This document shows positions 1 to 12,583 of a stretch of DNA of 47,829 bases, in pieces. A program made the position numbers and the translations under genes. The notes beneath the pieces were generated by a model. It worked only from the letters and a program-made list of their open reading frames with translations, ran no database searches and was not told where the DNA came from. Origin of the DNA: Candidatus Zixiibacteriota bacterium (GTDB taxonomy: Bacteria > Zixibacteria > MSB-5A5 > UBA10806 > 4484-95); the NCBI GenBank assembly GCA_029932605.1, contig JAOZPT010000014.1:1-47829 (forward strand), read 5' to 3'. Numbering within the stretch: the first letter of the stretch is position 1; the number at the start of each line of letters is the position of its first letter.

Positions 1-73
<73 letters not shown>

Positions 74-173
74 GAAAAGGTTAATTATAATAAAAACGAT
101 AAGATGGTTGTCCGGTTTAATTCAAGATGATTTGTACCGGCAAAGGGGAATGTGTAATTTTGGCAGGAGTATA

Positions 174-1365
174 AGGACCAATGGCCAAGGAGAAGTTTGA
201 GCGTACGAAGCCCCATATTAATGTGGGTACTATAGGTCATGTTGATCATGGCAAGACGACTTTGACGGCGGCGATCACGATGATATTGGCACGTAAGGGT
301 CAGGCGACTGTTCGTGATTTTGATTCGATTGACAATGCTCCGGAGGAGAAGGAGCGTGGGATAACGATAGCCACGGCGCATGTTGAGTATGAGACTGACA
401 AGCGTCACTATGCGCATGTGGATTGTCCGGGTCATGCTGATTATGTAAAGAACATGATAACGGGTGCGGCTCAGATGGATGGTGCGATTTTGGTAGTGAG
501 TGCGGCTGATGGTCCGATGCCTCAGACTCGTGAGCACATATTGTTGGCCCGTCAGGTTGGTGTTCCTTACATAATAGTATATTTGAACAAGGTTGACATG
601 GTTGATGATCCGGAGTTATTGGATTTGGTTGAGCTTGAGGTTCGGGATTTATTGAAGCAGTATCAGTTTCCTGGTGATGAGATACCGGTTATTCGTGGTT
701 GTGCGTTGGAGGCGATGACGAAGGGTGCGGACATGAGTATTCCCATAGATGATCCGGCTTTTAAGAGTGTTATAGAGTTGATGGATGCGGTTGACAATTA
801 CATACCGGAGCCTGAGCGTGATGTAGACAAGCCGTTTTTGATGCCTGTTGAGGATGTATTTTCGATAACGGGTCGAGGTACTGTTGGCACGGGTCGGGTG
901 GAGCGTGGTCGGGTTAAGATGGGTGATGATGTTGAGCGTGTTGGTATTAAGGAGACGCGGAGGACTGTTGTTACGGGTGTGGAGATGTTTCGCAAGACTT
1001 TGGATTATGCGCAGGCGGGAGACAATGTAGGTTTATTGTTGCGTGGGATAGATAAGGATGAGTTAGAGCGTGGGATGGTTATTGCGGCGACTGGTAGTGT
1101 TACTCCTCATACGAGGTTTAGGGGGGAGGTTTATGTATTGACGAAGGAGGAGGGGGGTCGTCACACGCCGTTTTTCAATGGTTATCGGCCGCAGTTTTAT
1201 TTACGGACGACGGATGTTACGGGGGTGGTGAAGTTACCGGAGGGTGTTGAGATGGTTATGCCCGGGGACAATGTGACTATAGAGGCGGAGTTGATAACAC
1301 CGATAGCCTTGGAGAAGGAGTTGAGGTTTGCCATTCGCGAGGGTGGTCACACTGTCGGCGCCGGT
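174..1365 (+). repeat. Direct repeat, copy A (tuf; matches 15729-16920)
   Basis: Appears identical by eye from AGGACCA-ATG to GCCGGT at offset 15555; proteins differ only in the last residues. Confidence 0.93.
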
Positions 1366-1389
1366 ATTATAGTTGAGGTTTTGGAGTAA
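181..1389 (+). CDS. tuf: Elongation factor Tu (copy 1)
   Basis: [40 protein letters not shown] motifs. Confidence 0.99.
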   Translation: MAKEKFERTKPHINVGTIGHVDHGKTTLTAAITMILARKGQATVRDFDSIDNAPEEKERGITIATAHVEYETDKRHYAHVDCPGHADYVKNMITGAAQMDGAILVVSAADGPMPQTREHILLARQVGVPYIIVYLNKVDMVDDPELLDLVELEVRDLLKQYQFPGDEIPVIRGCALEAMTKGADMSIPIDDPAFKSVIELMDAVDNYIPEPERDVDKPFLMPVEDVFSITGRGTVGTGRVERGRVKMGDDVERVGIKETRRTVVTGVEMFRKTLDYAQAGDNVGLLLRGIDKDELERGMVIAATGSVTPHTRFRGEVYVLTKEEGGRHTPFFNGYRPQFYLRTTDVTGVVKLPEGVEMVMPGDNVTIEAELITPIALEKELRFAIREGGHTVGAGIIVEVLE

Positions 1390-1398
1390 GGGGTTAAT

Positions 1399-1551
1399 AT
1401 GCCGCGTGATATTATCATTCTCGCTTGCAGTAAATGTAAAAATAGGAATTATACAACCACTAAAAACAGAAGGAAACATCCTGACCGGGTAGCGTATAAA
1501 AAATATTGTCCGTTTTGTGGTAAGCATATAGAACATAAGGAGACAAGATAA
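1399..1551 (+). CDS. rpmG: 50S ribosomal protein L33, Zn-binding type (not in ORF track)
   Basis: Manual translation [50 protein letters not shown]; position between tuf and secE. Confidence 0.96.
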   Translation: MPRDIIILACSKCKNRNYTTTKNRRKHPDRVAYKKYCPFCGKHIEHKETR

Positions 1552-1557
1552 GTCTAT

Positions 1558-1631
1558 AGGACAGTAGCTCGAATTGGTAGAGCGCCGGTCTCCAAAACCG
1601 GATGATGGGGGTTCGAGTCCCTCCTGTCCTG
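1558..1631 (+). tRNA. tRNA-Trp(CCA)
   Basis: Acceptor AGGACAG/CTGTCCT, anticodon arm CCGGT-CTCCAAA-ACCGG, T-loop GGTTCGAGTCC; typical rpmG-tRNA-Trp-secE order. Confidence 0.95.
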
Positions 1632-1643
1632 CAGGGAGATTTT

Positions 1644-1829
1644 ATGATAAAAAAGACAGTAAAATTTGTTAAAGAGATAAGACAGGAGTTAACGAAGGTT
1701 GCCTGGCCGACAAAGTATGAACTTCGCGACTCAACGATAGTAGTAATAGTGCTCTCAATTCTACTTGCTGTCTTTATAGGTGTGGTTGATTATGGATTGT
1801 CAAGAGTATCAACCGTTATTTTCAGGTAA
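1644..1829 (+). CDS. secE: Preprotein translocase subunit SecE
   Basis: ELTKVAWPT motif plus one TM helix; start moved to ATG 1644 behind GGAG because the ORF-track start lies in the tRNA. Confidence 0.93.
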   Translation: MIKKTVKFVKEIRQELTKVAWPTKYELRDSTIVVIVLSILLAVFIGVVDYGLSRVSTVIFR

Positions 1830-1834
1830 AGAAT

Positions 1835-2365
1835 ATGGCTAAGAAGTGGTATGTAGCTCACACCTATTCAGGGCACGAATACAAGGCAAAAAAATACCTC
1901 GAAAATGCTTGTCAGGCTATGGGCTTAGGGGATATGTTCGGTCAAATCTTAGTACCTACTGAAGAGATTGTGGAGATGAAGCAGGGTAAACGTTCTACCT
2001 CGGTGAAAAAGTTTCTTCCAAGTTATATTTTAATCGAGATGGAGTTGAGCAAAGATACTCAGAACCTTGTTACATCTACACCGGGCATTACTAATTTCGT
2101 TGGAGCGTCAGGTAAACCACTTCCCCTTCGAGAGAGCGAAGTAACCAGAATCCTTCAGCAGATCGATCGCTCTAAAAACCGTGACGTGTTGGATATTCCT
2201 TACAAGGTTGGTGAAGCGGTAAAAGTAATTGATGGTCCATTTTCCGATTTTGCGGGTACGGTTAGCGAGATTAATCCGGAGCGTAAGAAATTGAAGGTGA
2301 TGGTTTCCGTTTTTGGTCGTCCAACTCCGGTTGAGTTAGATTTTCTTCAGGTTAGATCGCTTTAA
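1835..2365 (+). CDS. nusG: Transcription termination/antitermination factor NusG
   Basis: WYVAHTYSGHE N-terminus; KOW region VKVIDGPFSDF...FGRPTPVEL. Confidence 0.98.
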   Translation: MAKKWYVAHTYSGHEYKAKKYLENACQAMGLGDMFGQILVPTEEIVEMKQGKRSTSVKKFLPSYILIEMELSKDTQNLVTSTPGITNFVGASGKPLPLRESEVTRILQQIDRSKNRDVLDIPYKVGEAVKVIDGPFSDFAGTVSEINPERKKLKVMVSVFGRPTPVELDFLQVRSL

Positions 2366-2386
2366 GCAAATTTTAAAGGAGCAGTT

Positions 2387-2812
2387 GTGGCTAAGAAAAT
2401 AATGGGCATAGTAAAGTTGCAGATTCCTGCGGGTAATGCTACTCCTGCCCCGCCAGTAGGACCGGCATTGGGTCAGGCGGGGGTCAATATAATGGAATTT
2501 TGTAAGGCTTTTAACGCAAGAACTCAATCACAGGGTGGCTTGATAATTCCAGTGGTTATCACGGTTTATGCTGATAAATCTTTTACTTTTATAACCAAAA
2601 CCCCACCGGCAGCGATTCTTTTGAAAAAAGCCGCTAAAGTTGAAAAGGGTTCTGGTGAACCGAATAAAAACAAGGTGGGTAAGGTTACCAGAACCCAAGT
2701 ACGTGATATTGCTAAAATGAAACTAGTTGATTTGAACGCTGATTCACTTGAAATGGCTGAGAGGATGGTTGAGGGAACTGCCAGAAGCATGGGCATTGAG
2801 GTGGAAGGATAA
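2387..2812 (+). CDS. rplK: 50S ribosomal protein L11
   Basis: [29 protein letters not shown] start. Confidence 0.99.
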   Translation: MAKKIMGIVKLQIPAGNATPAPPVGPALGQAGVNIMEFCKAFNARTQSQGGLIIPVVITVYADKSFTFITKTPPAAILLKKAAKVEKGSGEPNKNKVGKVTRTQVRDIAKMKLVDLNADSLEMAERMVEGTARSMGIEVEG

Positions 2813-2842
2813 ATTTTAAGGTCATTACGGGGAGACTGAGAA

Positions 2843-3544
2843 TTGAAAAGAGGAAAAAAGTACAAAATGGCGGTTGACAAGGTTGAAAAGGGCAAAGCTT
2901 ATACCCTGGCTGATGCTATAAAACTTGTTCGCGAAACCGCTACCGCGAGATTCGATGAGACAGTTGAACTATCCTGTAAGTTGGGTGTTGATCCCAAGAA
3001 AGCTGACCAGATGGTCAGGGGTACTACGGTTTTGCCATTTGGTACTGGTAGAAAAGTGCGAGTGCTTGTTCTTACTAAGGGCGAAAAGGTAGCCGAGGCT
3101 AAAGAGGCTGGTGCTGATATGGTTGGCGCTGATGAGTATATTGAGAAGATTAAAGGTGGATGGACTGATATCGATGCTATAGTGGCTACTCCCGATATGA
3201 TGGGTAGTGTTGGCCGGCTGGGTAAACTTCTTGGTCCTAAAGGTCTCATGCCCAATCCAAAATCGGGAACTGTAACACAAAATGTAGCCAAGGCAGTTAA
3301 AGATTTGAAAGCCGGGAAAATCGAATATAGAGTGGACAAAACCGGTAATGTCCATTGTGGGGTGGGCAAGTTGTCATTTTCTGATGACCAGTTGCTTGGT
3401 AATGCCAAAGCTTTTTTATCAGCGATAGTCAGGGCCAAACCAACAACGGCCAAAGGGACTTACATAAAAAGAGCTACCATATGTTCAACTATGGGGCCCG
3501 GGATAACATTGGATACTTCAGAGATTTTAACTCTGGGTAGGTAG
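2843..3544 (+). CDS. rplA: 50S ribosomal protein L1
   Basis: [31 protein letters not shown] start. Confidence 0.99.
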   Translation: MKRGKKYKMAVDKVEKGKAYTLADAIKLVRETATARFDETVELSCKLGVDPKKADQMVRGTTVLPFGTGRKVRVLVLTKGEKVAEAKEAGADMVGADEYIEKIKGGWTDIDAIVATPDMMGSVGRLGKLLGPKGLMPNPKSGTVTQNVAKAVKDLKAGKIEYRVDKTGNVHCGVGKLSFSDDQLLGNAKAFLSAIVRAKPTTAKGTYIKRATICSTMGPGITLDTSEILTLGR

Positions 3545-3550
3545 GTTTAT

Positions 3551-4066
3551 ATGCCGACAGAAGCAAAGAAAAAAGAAGTTGTTGTTTTAAAAGATAAGTT
3601 ATTGAAGGCCAACAACATTATCATAACCGATCACACTGGTATCAATGTTGGTGAACTAACAGGTCTTCGCCGAGATTTAAAAAATTCTAAAGCGGAGTTT
3701 CGTGTCACCAAGAATACTCTTATCAAGAGAGCTGTAAAAGAGACTGGTATGGAAAATATATCAGAATACTTGGTAGGTCCAACTTCACTGGTTTTTGGTT
3801 ATGATGACCCATCCTTACCAGCTAAGATAATTCACAGGTTTCAGGAGAAAACTGAAAGGCCTAAGGTTAAGGCTTATATAGTTGATAATAGGCTATTAAG
3901 TCTTGAGGATTTTAATGTAATTGCTAAACTGCCTTCTAAGGAGGAACTGTTGGTAAGCCTTGTCGGTTCAATTAACTGGCCGATTGTTGGGTTTGTGATA
4001 ACCATTGAGGGAATTATAAGGAATTTTATCGGGCTTTTAGATGCTTTGGTGGAGAAAAAGAGATAA
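3551..4066 (+). CDS. rplJ: 50S ribosomal protein L10
   Basis: LRRDLK...VTKNTL, GPTSLVF, AKLPSKEELL; gene order. Confidence 0.96.
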   Translation: MPTEAKKKEVVVLKDKLLKANNIIITDHTGINVGELTGLRRDLKNSKAEFRVTKNTLIKRAVKETGMENISEYLVGPTSLVFGYDDPSLPAKIIHRFQEKTERPKVKAYIVDNRLLSLEDFNVIAKLPSKEELLVSLVGSINWPIVGFVITIEGIIRNFIGLLDALVEKKR

Positions 4067-4206
4067 TAGCCCGCGGTAAAAGGGCGATGCTTCTGGCCAT
4101 CTGAAAATTCCACAGTTTCAGAGGTCCGTTTGAGTAGCCGTGAGCTTTTGATTTTGGTGGATTGTTTATTTTGGTTAGGATACAAGGATAAAAAGACAGA
4201 GGTTTA

Positions 4207-4593
4207 ATGATGAGTGAAAAAGTAGAGCAAGTTTTTAATCTGATCAAGGATATGACCGCGATTGAATTATCGGATCTTTCCAAGAAGATGCAGGATGAAT
4301 TTGGCATATCAGCGGCAGTTGCTGCACCTGTTGCTTCCACTGCGGGAGCAGCAGGGAGTGGTGCTGTGGCGGAAGAGGAAAAAACAGAATTTGATGTGGT
4401 ACTTGAAGCGGTTGGGGATAAAAAGATTCAAGTCATCAAAGCTGTGCGTGAGTTAACACCCCTTGGTTTGAAAGAAGCAAAAGATTTAGTTGATAGTGCT
4501 CCCAGCGCGGTTAAGGAGGGGGTATCGAAGGAAGAGGCAGAAGCCGCTAAGGCTAAACTTGAGGAGGCTGGAGCTTCTGTTCAGATTAAATAA
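4207..4593 (+). CDS. rplL: 50S ribosomal protein L7/L12
   Basis: Ala-rich hinge, [20 protein letters not shown]; start may be ATG 4210. Confidence 0.98.
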   Translation: MMSEKVEQVFNLIKDMTAIELSDLSKKMQDEFGISAAVAAPVASTAGAAGSGAVAEEEKTEFDVVLEAVGDKKIQVIKAVRELTPLGLKEAKDLVDSAPSAVKEGVSKEEAEAAKAKLEEAGASVQIK

Positions 4594-4631
4594 AGTTCAA
4601 TCATATTTAGTAATTCCCAGGGAGGAACTTC

Positions 4632-7600
4632 GTGGATTCTAAAAACAATAACAAGCGTTTCTCCTTTTCGAGGTTAAAAACGGTTTTAGAGTTGCCACAT
4701 TTACTGGCGGTCCAGACGGAGTCTTTTGAGGATTTCCTGCAAATCAATGTTGCCCCCAATAAAAGGGAAAGTAAGGGCTTACAGGCAGTTTTTGAATCCA
4801 TATTTCCCATTACAGATGTCCATGAGATATATTCTTTGGAATTTGTATGTTACGCTATTGACCAACCTCGGTATTCGATTGTTGAATGTCAGGAACGTAA
4901 TATGACGTATGGGGCACCACTTAAAGCAACTCTTAGGTTAGTCACTCGGGAAGGAGAAGGTGATAATGTAAGTATAAAGGATATCATTGAGCAGGATGTA
5001 TTTTTGGGTGAACTTCCTCTTATGACAGAGAAAGGCACATTTATTATTCATGGTGCTGAAAGGGTTATCGTTAACCAGCTTCATCGCTCACCCGGAGTAT
5101 TTTTTGATGAGGTGATTCATCCTAATGGTAAGAAACTTTATTCAGCAAGAATAATACCTTATCGCGGTTCATGGGTTGAGTTTACCATGGATGTAAATGA
5201 TATAATATATGTCCATATTGATTCTCGCCGAAAGCTTACTGCAACAACACTCCTTCGGGCAATCGGTTTATCCACCGATGCGGATTTGATTAAAGAATTC
5301 CACAAAGTTTCAAAAGAATCATTCTCGCCAAAAAGAGCACATTTGCTTATAGGTAAATATACCGCTGAACCGATTGTGAACCCGTCTACTGGAGAGGTTA
5401 TTATTGAAGCAGCTGAGGAGCTAACCGAATCTGAGATTGCCAAGTTTTCGGAGCTTAATATTAAAAGCGTTAAGGTTATAGATATTGATACCTCAAAAGA
5501 AGCAACGGTTTTGATTAATACCATAGCTAAAGATAAAAAAGATAAAATTCGAAGTGAAGAAGATGCTCTTAACAGAATATATTCATTAATTCGACCGGGT
5601 GATGCTCCTACCCTTGAAATGGCCAAGGCTTTGTTGGAAAGGATGTTTTTCAACCCCAGGCGATATGACCTTGGTGAGGTTGGACGTTACATGATTAACC
5701 AGCGGTTGGAGATGGATATCCCTGTTGAACAAACAGTGCTTGACCATAAGGATTTCATTACTATAGTGAAATATCTTCTTAATTTGCGTAATGGTATCGG
5801 CGAGGTAGATGATATTGACCATTTAGGTAACAGGCGTGCCAGGACTGTTGGTGAACTATTGAGCAATCAGTTCTCTGTAGGTTTATCCCGGATGGCCAGA
5901 ACGATTAAAGAAAGAATGAGCCTTCGAGATACAGAATCACCCACGCCACATGAACTTGTTAATGCCCGGACGGTATCTTCGGTGATAGATACGTTTTTTG
6001 GTTCTTCACAGCTTTCCCAGTTTATGGACCAAACAAATCCATTAGCTGAGATTACTCATAAAAGGAGACTCTCGGCTTTGGGACCTGGTGGACTTACCAG
6101 GGAGAGAGCAGGTTTTAAGGTTCGGGATGTGCACCATACCCATTATGGTAGGATGTGTCCGATTGAGACGCCCGAGGGGCCAAACATCGGCTTGATAACC
6201 TCCCTTGCATCTTATGCTCGCATTAATAAATATGGGTTCTTAGAAACACCATATCGAAAGGTTGTCAAGGGGAAGGTTACAAACAAGATTGAATATCTGA
6301 CGGGGGATGTTGAAGACCGGCACATAATAGCTCAGGCCAACGAACCACTTCAAAGTAATGGTAGATTTACCAATAAAATTATCACTGCCAGATATCATGG
6401 TGACTTAGTACAGGTAACCCCCGAGGAGATTCATTATATGGATGTTGCTCCTGTACAGCTTGTTTCAGTAGCAGCTTCTTTAATACCGTTTTTAGAGCAT
6501 GACGATGCTAACCGTGCTTTAATGGGTTCGAATATGCAACGCCAGGCTGTTCCGCTTTTACAGACTGAAGAACCTATAGTTGGCACTGGTATGGAAGCCA
6601 AGGCGGCTAAAGATTCTTATGCTATCGTTACTGCCAAAAGGGCTGGAGTGGTTGAGCATGTTTTAGCTGACCAGATTGTTATAAAACCTTTTAATAAATC
6701 CCAAAGTAAATTTATGGATGTTCTTGAGCTTGATGAATACCCCTTATTAAAATATACCCGCTCTAATCAAGATACTTGCATCAATTACAAGCCTGTTGTA
6801 AAGGAAGGCCAGAAGGTTGAGGCAGGTCAAGTTATTGCTGATGGTCCAGCTACTGCCAGGGGTGAACTTGCTCTGGGGAAGAATGTTCTTGTTGGGTTTA
6901 TGCCCTGGCGAGGTTATAATTTTGAGGATGCCATCATTGTCTCTGAAAGGTTAATTACTGATGATGTATTTACTTCAATTCATATTGAAGAGTTCGAGCT
7001 TCAGGTGAGAGATACAAAAAGAGGAGCCGAGGAAATTACGCGTGAGATTCCCAATGTTTCTGAAGAGGCTTTGGCAAACCTTGATGAGACTGGAATAGTG
7101 AGAATTGGTGCAGAGGTTGAAGCGGGTGATGTGCTGGTTGGCAAGATTACTCCTAAAGGGGAGACCGAACTCTCGCCCGAGGAGAGACTTTTAAGGGCGA
7201 TCTTTGGTGAAAAGGCTGGAGATGTTCGGGATGCGTCTCTTAAGGCTCCTCCCGGTATGAAGGGTATTGTTATAGATACAAAACTATTCTATCGAAAAAG
7301 TCGTTCGGAGGAAGCTAAGAAACAAGAACGATCTGAGATATTGAAAACAAAGAAATATTTTAACAAGCAAATCGACTATATCCAGGAATTGCGTAATAAA
7401 AAACTTGGCCAACTTCTAGCAGGACAAACAGCCTATACCATCAGAGATGACAATGGTGAAGTTGTCGTTAGGGCTGGGACAAAGATAAAGGAAGATACAT
7501 TTATCGGCTGCAAAACCCGTTCTTTCAAAACTGATAAAGGTTTTGTTGCCAACGAAAAATCTAATACAAACGCAATGAAACTTTGCACTCAGGCATTTGA

Positions 7601-8408
7601 GATGATAAATGAAAAACAGCACAAGCAGGATATTGAGATTGAAAAAATCATGAGAGGCACCGAACTTCCACCAGGTGTTGTCCAATTAGTGAAAGTAAAA
7701 ATTGCTACGAAAAGGCATTTGGCGGTTGGAGATAAGATGGCCGGTAGGCATGGTAATAAAGGTGTTGTTGCTAAGATTGTGCCAGTTGAAGATATGCCGT
7801 ATTTACCTGATGGAACACCTTTGGATATCCTCTTAAATCCACTTGGTGTACCATCGCGTATGAATGTTGGCCAGTTGTTGGAGACTCATCTTGGATGGGC
7901 AGCAAAAACGATGGGTATAAAAGTAGCGACACCGGTGTTTGATGGAGCGTCTTTGGATGAGATAAGGGAACAACTTAAAAAAGCGAAACTACCGGTAAAC
8001 GGCAAGTCGGTTGTATACGATGGTTTCACTGGAGAGCCATTTGATAGGGAGATAACGATTGGTTATATATACATGATGAAACTTTCTCATCTTGTTGATG
8101 ATAAAATTCATGCACGTTCTATTGGACCGTATTCGCTTGTCACTCAGCAACCTCTTGGAGGTAAAGCTCAGTTTGGAGGTCAGAGATTTGGTGAGATGGA
8201 AGTCTGGGCGCTTGAGGCTTATGGAGCCGCCTACACTCTTCAGGAGATGTTGACAGTGAAATCTGATGACGTAGCTGGTAGATCACGCATTTATGAAGCT
8301 ATAGTTAAAGGTGAGAACCCTCCAGAACCGGGGGTTCCTGAATCGTTTAATGTTTTGGTCAAAGAATTACAATCTTTGGGCCTGGATGTTGAACTTATAA
8401 AAAAATAG
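4632..8408 (+). CDS. rpoB: RNA polymerase beta subunit
   Basis: [47 protein letters not shown] start. Confidence 0.99.
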   Translation: MDSKNNNKRFSFSRLKTVLELPHLLAVQTESFEDFLQINVAPNKRESKGLQAVFESIFPITDVHEIYSLEFVCYAIDQPRYSIVECQERNMTYGAPLKATLRLVTREGEGDNVSIKDIIEQDVFLGELPLMTEKGTFIIHGAERVIVNQLHRSPGVFFDEVIHPNGKKLYSARIIPYRGSWVEFTMDVNDIIYVHIDSRRKLTATTLLRAIGLSTDADLIKEFHKVSKESFSPKRAHLLIGKYTAEPIVNPSTGEVIIEAAEELTESEIAKFSELNIKSVKVIDIDTSKEATVLINTIAKDKKDKIRSEEDALNRIYSLIRPGDAPTLEMAKALLERMFFNPRRYDLGEVGRYMINQRLEMDIPVEQTVLDHKDFITIVKYLLNLRNGIGEVDDIDHLGNRRARTVGELLSNQFSVGLSRMARTIKERMSLRDTESPTPHELVNARTVSSVIDTFFGSSQLSQFMDQTNPLAEITHKRRLSALGPGGLTRERAGFKVRDVHHTHYGRMCPIETPEGPNIGLITSLASYARINKYGFLETPYRKVVKGKVTNKIEYLTGDVEDRHIIAQANEPLQSNGRFTNKIITARYHGDLVQVTPEEIHYMDVAPVQLVSVAASLIPFLEHDDANRALMGSNMQRQAVPLLQTEEPIVGTGMEAKAAKDSYAIVTAKRAGVVEHVLADQIVIKPFNKSQSKFMDVLELDEYPLLKYTRSNQDTCINYKPVVKEGQKVEAGQVIADGPATARGELALGKNVLVGFMPWRGYNFEDAIIVSERLITDDVFTSIHIEEFELQVRDTKRGAEEITREIPNVSEEALANLDETGIVRIGAEVEAGDVLVGKITPKGETELSPEERLLRAIFGEKAGDVRDASLKAPPGMKGIVIDTKLFYRKSRSEEAKKQERSEILKTKKYFNKQIDYIQELRNKKLGQLLAGQTAYTIRDDNGEVVVRAGTKIKEDTFIGCKTRSFKTDKGFVANEKSNTNAMKLCTQAFEMINEKQHKQDIEIEKIMRGTELPPGVVQLVKVKIATKRHLAVGDKMAGRHGNKGVVAKIVPVEDMPYLPDGTPLDILLNPLGVPSRMNVGQLLETHLGWAAKTMGIKVATPVFDGASLDEIREQLKKAKLPVNGKSVVYDGFTGEPFDREITIGYIYMMKLSHLVDDKIHARSIGPYSLVTQQPLGGKAQFGGQRFGEMEVWALEAYGAAYTLQEMLTVKSDDVAGRSRIYEAIVKGENPPEPGVPESFNVLVKELQSLGLDVELIKK

Positions 8409-8449
8409 AATTTATTTTTGGGGATCTTAAAATGCAAAGGAGACTTTAA

Positions 8450-11400
8450 GTGGTCGATCCTTTCGCGAAAAATCAGAGGAAGCCGTCAGATTTTGCCGCT
8501 ATACAGGTAAAACTGGCTTCACCAGAGACCATCAAAGAATGGTCATATGGAGAGGTTACAAAACCCGAAACCATTAACTACCGCTCATTCAAACCTGAAC
8601 GTGATGGTCTTTTCTGTGAGCGGATATTCGGACCTGTAAAAGACTGGGAATGTAACTGTGGTAAATATAAACGAATTAGATTTAGAGGAATTGTATGCGA
8701 CCGATGTGGAGTTGAGGTTACTCAATCGAAGGTGCGTCGAGAAAGAATGGGGCATATCGAACTTGCTGTTCCCGTTACTCATATATGGTTTACCCATTCT
8801 TTGCCATCTCGAACCGGTTACCTTCTTGATTTAACTGTGCGTGAACTCGAAAGGATAATTTACTACCAATCGTATATAGTTATCGATCCGGGTAATACCT
8901 CTAAAAAATACAAAGAGATAATCTCTGAGGAGGAGTATTTCGATCTTGAGGCGTCTGGTAGAGAGTTTGTTGCCAAGATGGGAGCTGAGGCTATACGCGA
9001 CCTGCTAAGGGATTTAGATATCGAGGAGCTGGCTATTTCATTACGCGCTCAGGTAAAAGTTGAAACCTCTGTCCAGCGGAAAAAGGCCACCTTGAAGCGA
9101 CTTAAGGTAATAGAGGCTTTTCGCCAATCTGACAATAAACCGGAATGGATGGTTATGGATATTATTCCGGTGATTCCTCCTGATTTGCGACCTTTAGTTC
9201 CTTTAGAGGGTGGACGTTTTGCCACCTCTGATTTGAACGACCTTTACCGAAGAGTGATAAACAGAAACAACCGATTGAAGAAACTGATGGAGATTAAAGC
9301 CCCGGAAGTTATTCTTAGAAACGAGAAACGGATGCTTCAGGAGTCGGTTGATGCTCTTTTTGATAATGGTCGTCGAAGTCGTTCCGTGCGGGGTGATTCT
9401 AAACGTCCCTTAAAATCTCTATCAGACCTTTTGAAAGGAAAACAGGGGCGTTTTCGCCAGAACCTCCTTGGTAAAAGAGTTGATTACTCAGGTAGATCGG
9501 TTATTGTAGTTGGACCAGAATTAAAACTTCACCAGTGTGGTTTACCCAAGAATATGGCACTGGAATTATTTAAGCCTTTCATTATTCATAAGCTCGAGGA
9601 AAAAGGGTATGTTCAGACCGTAAAGTCGGCCAAACGGTTGGTTGAAAGGGAGCGACCCGAGGTCTGGGATATTTTAGAAGAGATAATCAAAGACCATCCC
9701 ATATTGGTAAACCGCGCACCCACACTTCACCGCCTCGGTATCCAAGCGTTCTATCCGGTGTTAGTGGAGGGAAAAGCTATCAGATTGCATCCACTTGTCT
9801 GCGCTGCTTTCAATGCTGATTTCGATGGTGACCAAATGGCTGTTCATGTACCGCTTTCGTTCGAGGCTCAGCTTGAAGCTCATGTTTTGATGTTATCGAT
9901 TAATAACCTCCTTTTGCCATCATCAGGTAAACCAGTAGCTGTCCCCTCGCAGGATATGGTAATTGGATGTTATTATCTTACCAGAGAGCGCCGTGGTGTA
10001 AAAGGCGAGGGGCGATATTTTAGTTCACCTGATCAGGCTACTTATGCGCATTCTTTGGGTGAAGTTGACCTTCATGCAATAATAAAGGTTAGTTTTGAGG
10101 GTATAGAAGGACTGGTTGAAACGACGGTTGGCAGGATAATCTTCAACGAGATAATTCCAAAAGAACTTGGATTTTTTAATGATGTTGCTAATAAGTCCAA
10201 CCTTGAGAAGTTAGTATCGCAGGCTTATAGCCATTTAGGAACCGCTAAGACGGGAATATTTTTGGATAATCTTAAAAAAATTGGATTTGAATATGCTACT
10301 CTTGCGGGTATAACGGTCGGTATTGACGACCTTGTTATTCCCAAGGAAAGGGATGTTCTTGTTAAGAAAGCTTTCAAGGAAGTTGAACATGTAACAAATC
10401 TTCACCGGCATGGTGCAATCACAAACGGTGAGCGCTATAACAAGGTGATAGATATCTGGACCAGAACAACCTCCGATGTTACTGAGGCGATGTTTGAAAA
10501 TCTTGCTTCATTAGACCAGGGATTTAATCCGGTTTATATGATGGCTATCTCAGGTGCTCGGGGTTCAAAAGACCAGGTTCGACAACTTGCCGGTATGCGG
10601 GGTCTAATGGCGAAACCTCAGAAGAAGATAGTTGGTCAGATAGGCGAGATTATAGAGACACCGATTACTTCAAACTTCGTCGATGGTTTGACTGTGCAGG
10701 AGTATTTTATTTCGACGCATGGTGCCAGGAAGGGTCTGGCTGATACGGCCTTGAAAACTGCTGATGCTGGCTATCTTACCCGCCGACTTGTTGATGTTGC
10801 CCAGGATGTCATAATTACTGAGGAAGATTGCGGCACTATTCTTGGCCTGAACATTTCCGCTTTGAAAGAGGGCGAGGAGATAATAGAATCTCTGGCTGAC
10901 CGTATTCTTGGCAGGGTTGTTCTTGAGGATGTAATTCATCCCATAACCGAGGAGGTTTTAGCAAAAGCAGGAGAGATGATTACTGATAAAATTGCTAGAC
11001 AGATTGAGGAATCGGGTGTTGAGTTTGTTTACATACGTTCGGTGCTTACCTGCGAAGCCCGTCGAGGTGTTTGTGCTAAATGTTATGGCAGTAATCTTGC
11101 ACATGGAGGTATGGTGGAGATCGGTGAGGCAGTTGGTGTAATAGCTGCCCAGTCGATTGGTGAACCTGGGACTCAGTTGACTCTTAGGACCTTTCATATC
11201 GGTGGAACCGCTGCTGTTATCGCCGAGCAATCGAAAATCGAGGCAAAGGTGGATGGCAAAGTGTTGATACAGAATGTGAGGTCTGTGCCTGGTAAACAGG
11301 AGGGTGAAATGATAGTACTGTCATCTGAGGGTGAGATCAGGATTATCGATAAAAAACAGCGTAGCCGTCAGCGGTTCAACGTTCCCTATGGGGCAACACT

Positions 11401-12517
11401 TAGGGTTAAAGATGGCCAGGAAGTGGTTAAGGGTACGATATTATTTGAATGGGACCCACACACTAATGTCATCTTAACAGATAAGAAAGGTAAAGTGGAA
11501 TTTGTTGATATTATTGAGAATGTTACTTTCAGAGAAGAGCTTGACGAATCTACAGGTCTTTCAGCCAGGGTTATAATTGAACAAAAAGATAAGTCATTAC
11601 GACCGCAAATAATGATTTTAAGTGATAAAGGTAAACGGATAGCCAAATATTCAATTCCTACCTCTGCTAATCTTGTAGTTAAGGATGGTGAAAAAGTTAA
11701 GGCTGGTGACCAACTTGTTAAAATCCCACGTGAAATATATAAGACCAAAGATATAACAGGAGGTCTACCGCGTGTAGCAGAGCTTTTTGAAGCAAGGCAT
11801 CCTAAAGATCCAGCAGTGATTACGGAGATTGATGGTGTAGTTGAGTACGGGAAAATTATAAGAGGTAATCAACAGATATTGGTAAGCGGTGAGCATGGTG
11901 AGGTAAAGGAATACGTGGTACCCCATGGTAAACATATGCGGGTTCATAATGGAGATAAGGTAAAAGCGGGTGATAGGTTGTGCGAAGGCCCTATTGACCC
12001 TCATGATATATTAAGGATAAAAGGCCCAAACGCGGTTCAGGAGTATCTTGTCAATGAAATACAGGGAGTATACAGGCTTCAAGGGGTTAAAATTAACGAT
12101 AAACATATCGAGGTGATTGTAAGGCAGATGCTTCAGAAAGTGAAGGTTGAAGAGGTTGGGGACACTAATTTTCTTGAGGGTGAAAAAGTTGATAAGATCC
12201 GTTTTAACGATGAAAATGATAGAGTTCTATCTGAGGGCGGTGAACCGGCTATGTTTGGCCCAATGCTTATGGGTATAACCAAAGCCTCATTATCTACGGA
12301 GAGTTTTATTTCGGCTGCTTCATTCCAGGAGACAACAAGGGTGCTAACAGAAGCGGCAATTAACGGTAAACAGGATAATCTCTTGGGATTAAAAGAAAAT
12401 GTTATTATCGGACATCTTATACCTGCTGGGACAGGACTTGAGAAATATAGAAATGTTGAAATAATAGATGAGGAAAAAACTGAAGAGGTGGAGAAAGAAA
12501 CAGAAAAAATAGGTTAG
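8450..12517 (+). CDS. rpoC: RNA polymerase beta' subunit
   Basis: [12 protein letters not shown] active site, N-terminal Zn finger, large insertion after RTFHIGG; GTG start. Confidence 0.99.
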   Translation: MVDPFAKNQRKPSDFAAIQVKLASPETIKEWSYGEVTKPETINYRSFKPERDGLFCERIFGPVKDWECNCGKYKRIRFRGIVCDRCGVEVTQSKVRRERMGHIELAVPVTHIWFTHSLPSRTGYLLDLTVRELERIIYYQSYIVIDPGNTSKKYKEIISEEEYFDLEASGREFVAKMGAEAIRDLLRDLDIEELAISLRAQVKVETSVQRKKATLKRLKVIEAFRQSDNKPEWMVMDIIPVIPPDLRPLVPLEGGRFATSDLNDLYRRVINRNNRLKKLMEIKAPEVILRNEKRMLQESVDALFDNGRRSRSVRGDSKRPLKSLSDLLKGKQGRFRQNLLGKRVDYSGRSVIVVGPELKLHQCGLPKNMALELFKPFIIHKLEEKGYVQTVKSAKRLVERERPEVWDILEEIIKDHPILVNRAPTLHRLGIQAFYPVLVEGKAIRLHPLVCAAFNADFDGDQMAVHVPLSFEAQLEAHVLMLSINNLLLPSSGKPVAVPSQDMVIGCYYLTRERRGVKGEGRYFSSPDQATYAHSLGEVDLHAIIKVSFEGIEGLVETTVGRIIFNEIIPKELGFFNDVANKSNLEKLVSQAYSHLGTAKTGIFLDNLKKIGFEYATLAGITVGIDDLVIPKERDVLVKKAFKEVEHVTNLHRHGAITNGERYNKVIDIWTRTTSDVTEAMFENLASLDQGFNPVYMMAISGARGSKDQVRQLAGMRGLMAKPQKKIVGQIGEIIETPITSNFVDGLTVQEYFISTHGARKGLADTALKTADAGYLTRRLVDVAQDVIITEEDCGTILGLNISALKEGEEIIESLADRILGRVVLEDVIHPITEEVLAKAGEMITDKIARQIEESGVEFVYIRSVLTCEARRGVCAKCYGSNLAHGGMVEIGEAVGVIAAQSIGEPGTQLTLRTFHIGGTAAVIAEQSKIEAKVDGKVLIQNVRSVPGKQEGEMIVLSSEGEIRIIDKKQRSRQRFNVPYGATLRVKDGQEVVKGTILFEWDPHTNVILTDKKGKVEFVDIIENVTFREELDESTGLSARVIIEQKDKSLRPQIMILSDKGKRIAKYSIPTSANLVVKDGEKVKAGDQLVKIPREIYKTKDITGGLPRVAELFEARHPKDPAVITEIDGVVEYGKIIRGNQQILVSGEHGEVKEYVVPHGKHMRVHNGDKVKAGDRLCEGPIDPHDILRIKGPNAVQEYLVNEIQGVYRLQGVKINDKHIEVIVRQMLQKVKVEEVGDTNFLEGEKVDKIRFNDENDRVLSEGGEPAMFGPMLMGITKASLSTESFISAASFQETTRVLTEAAINGKQDNLLGLKENVIIGHLIPAGTGLEKYRNVEIIDEEKTEEVEKETEKIG

Positions 12518-12528
12518 ATAAAAAATGC

Positions 12529-12556
12529 TTGACATAATATTTAAAAATTTTAAATT
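12529..12556 (+). promoter_or_regulatory. Putative sigma70 promoter of the str/S10 genes
   Basis: TTGACA (12529-12534), 16 nt, TAAATT in the AT-rich rpoC-rpsL gap. Confidence 0.6.
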
Positions 12557-12583
12557 AGAGGTTTATTTTGTATGGAGGTTTAG

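Noticed and set aside
1602..1643. N-terminal extension of SecE in the ORF track
   Set aside because: Lies inside tRNA-Trp; ATG 1644 has an SD and gives a normal-length SecE
7290..7670. Large insertion in RpoB, and the insertion after RTFHIGG in RpoC, as possible inteins
   Set aside because: No intein terminal residues or endonuclease motifs; both sit at known lineage-specific RNAP insertion sites
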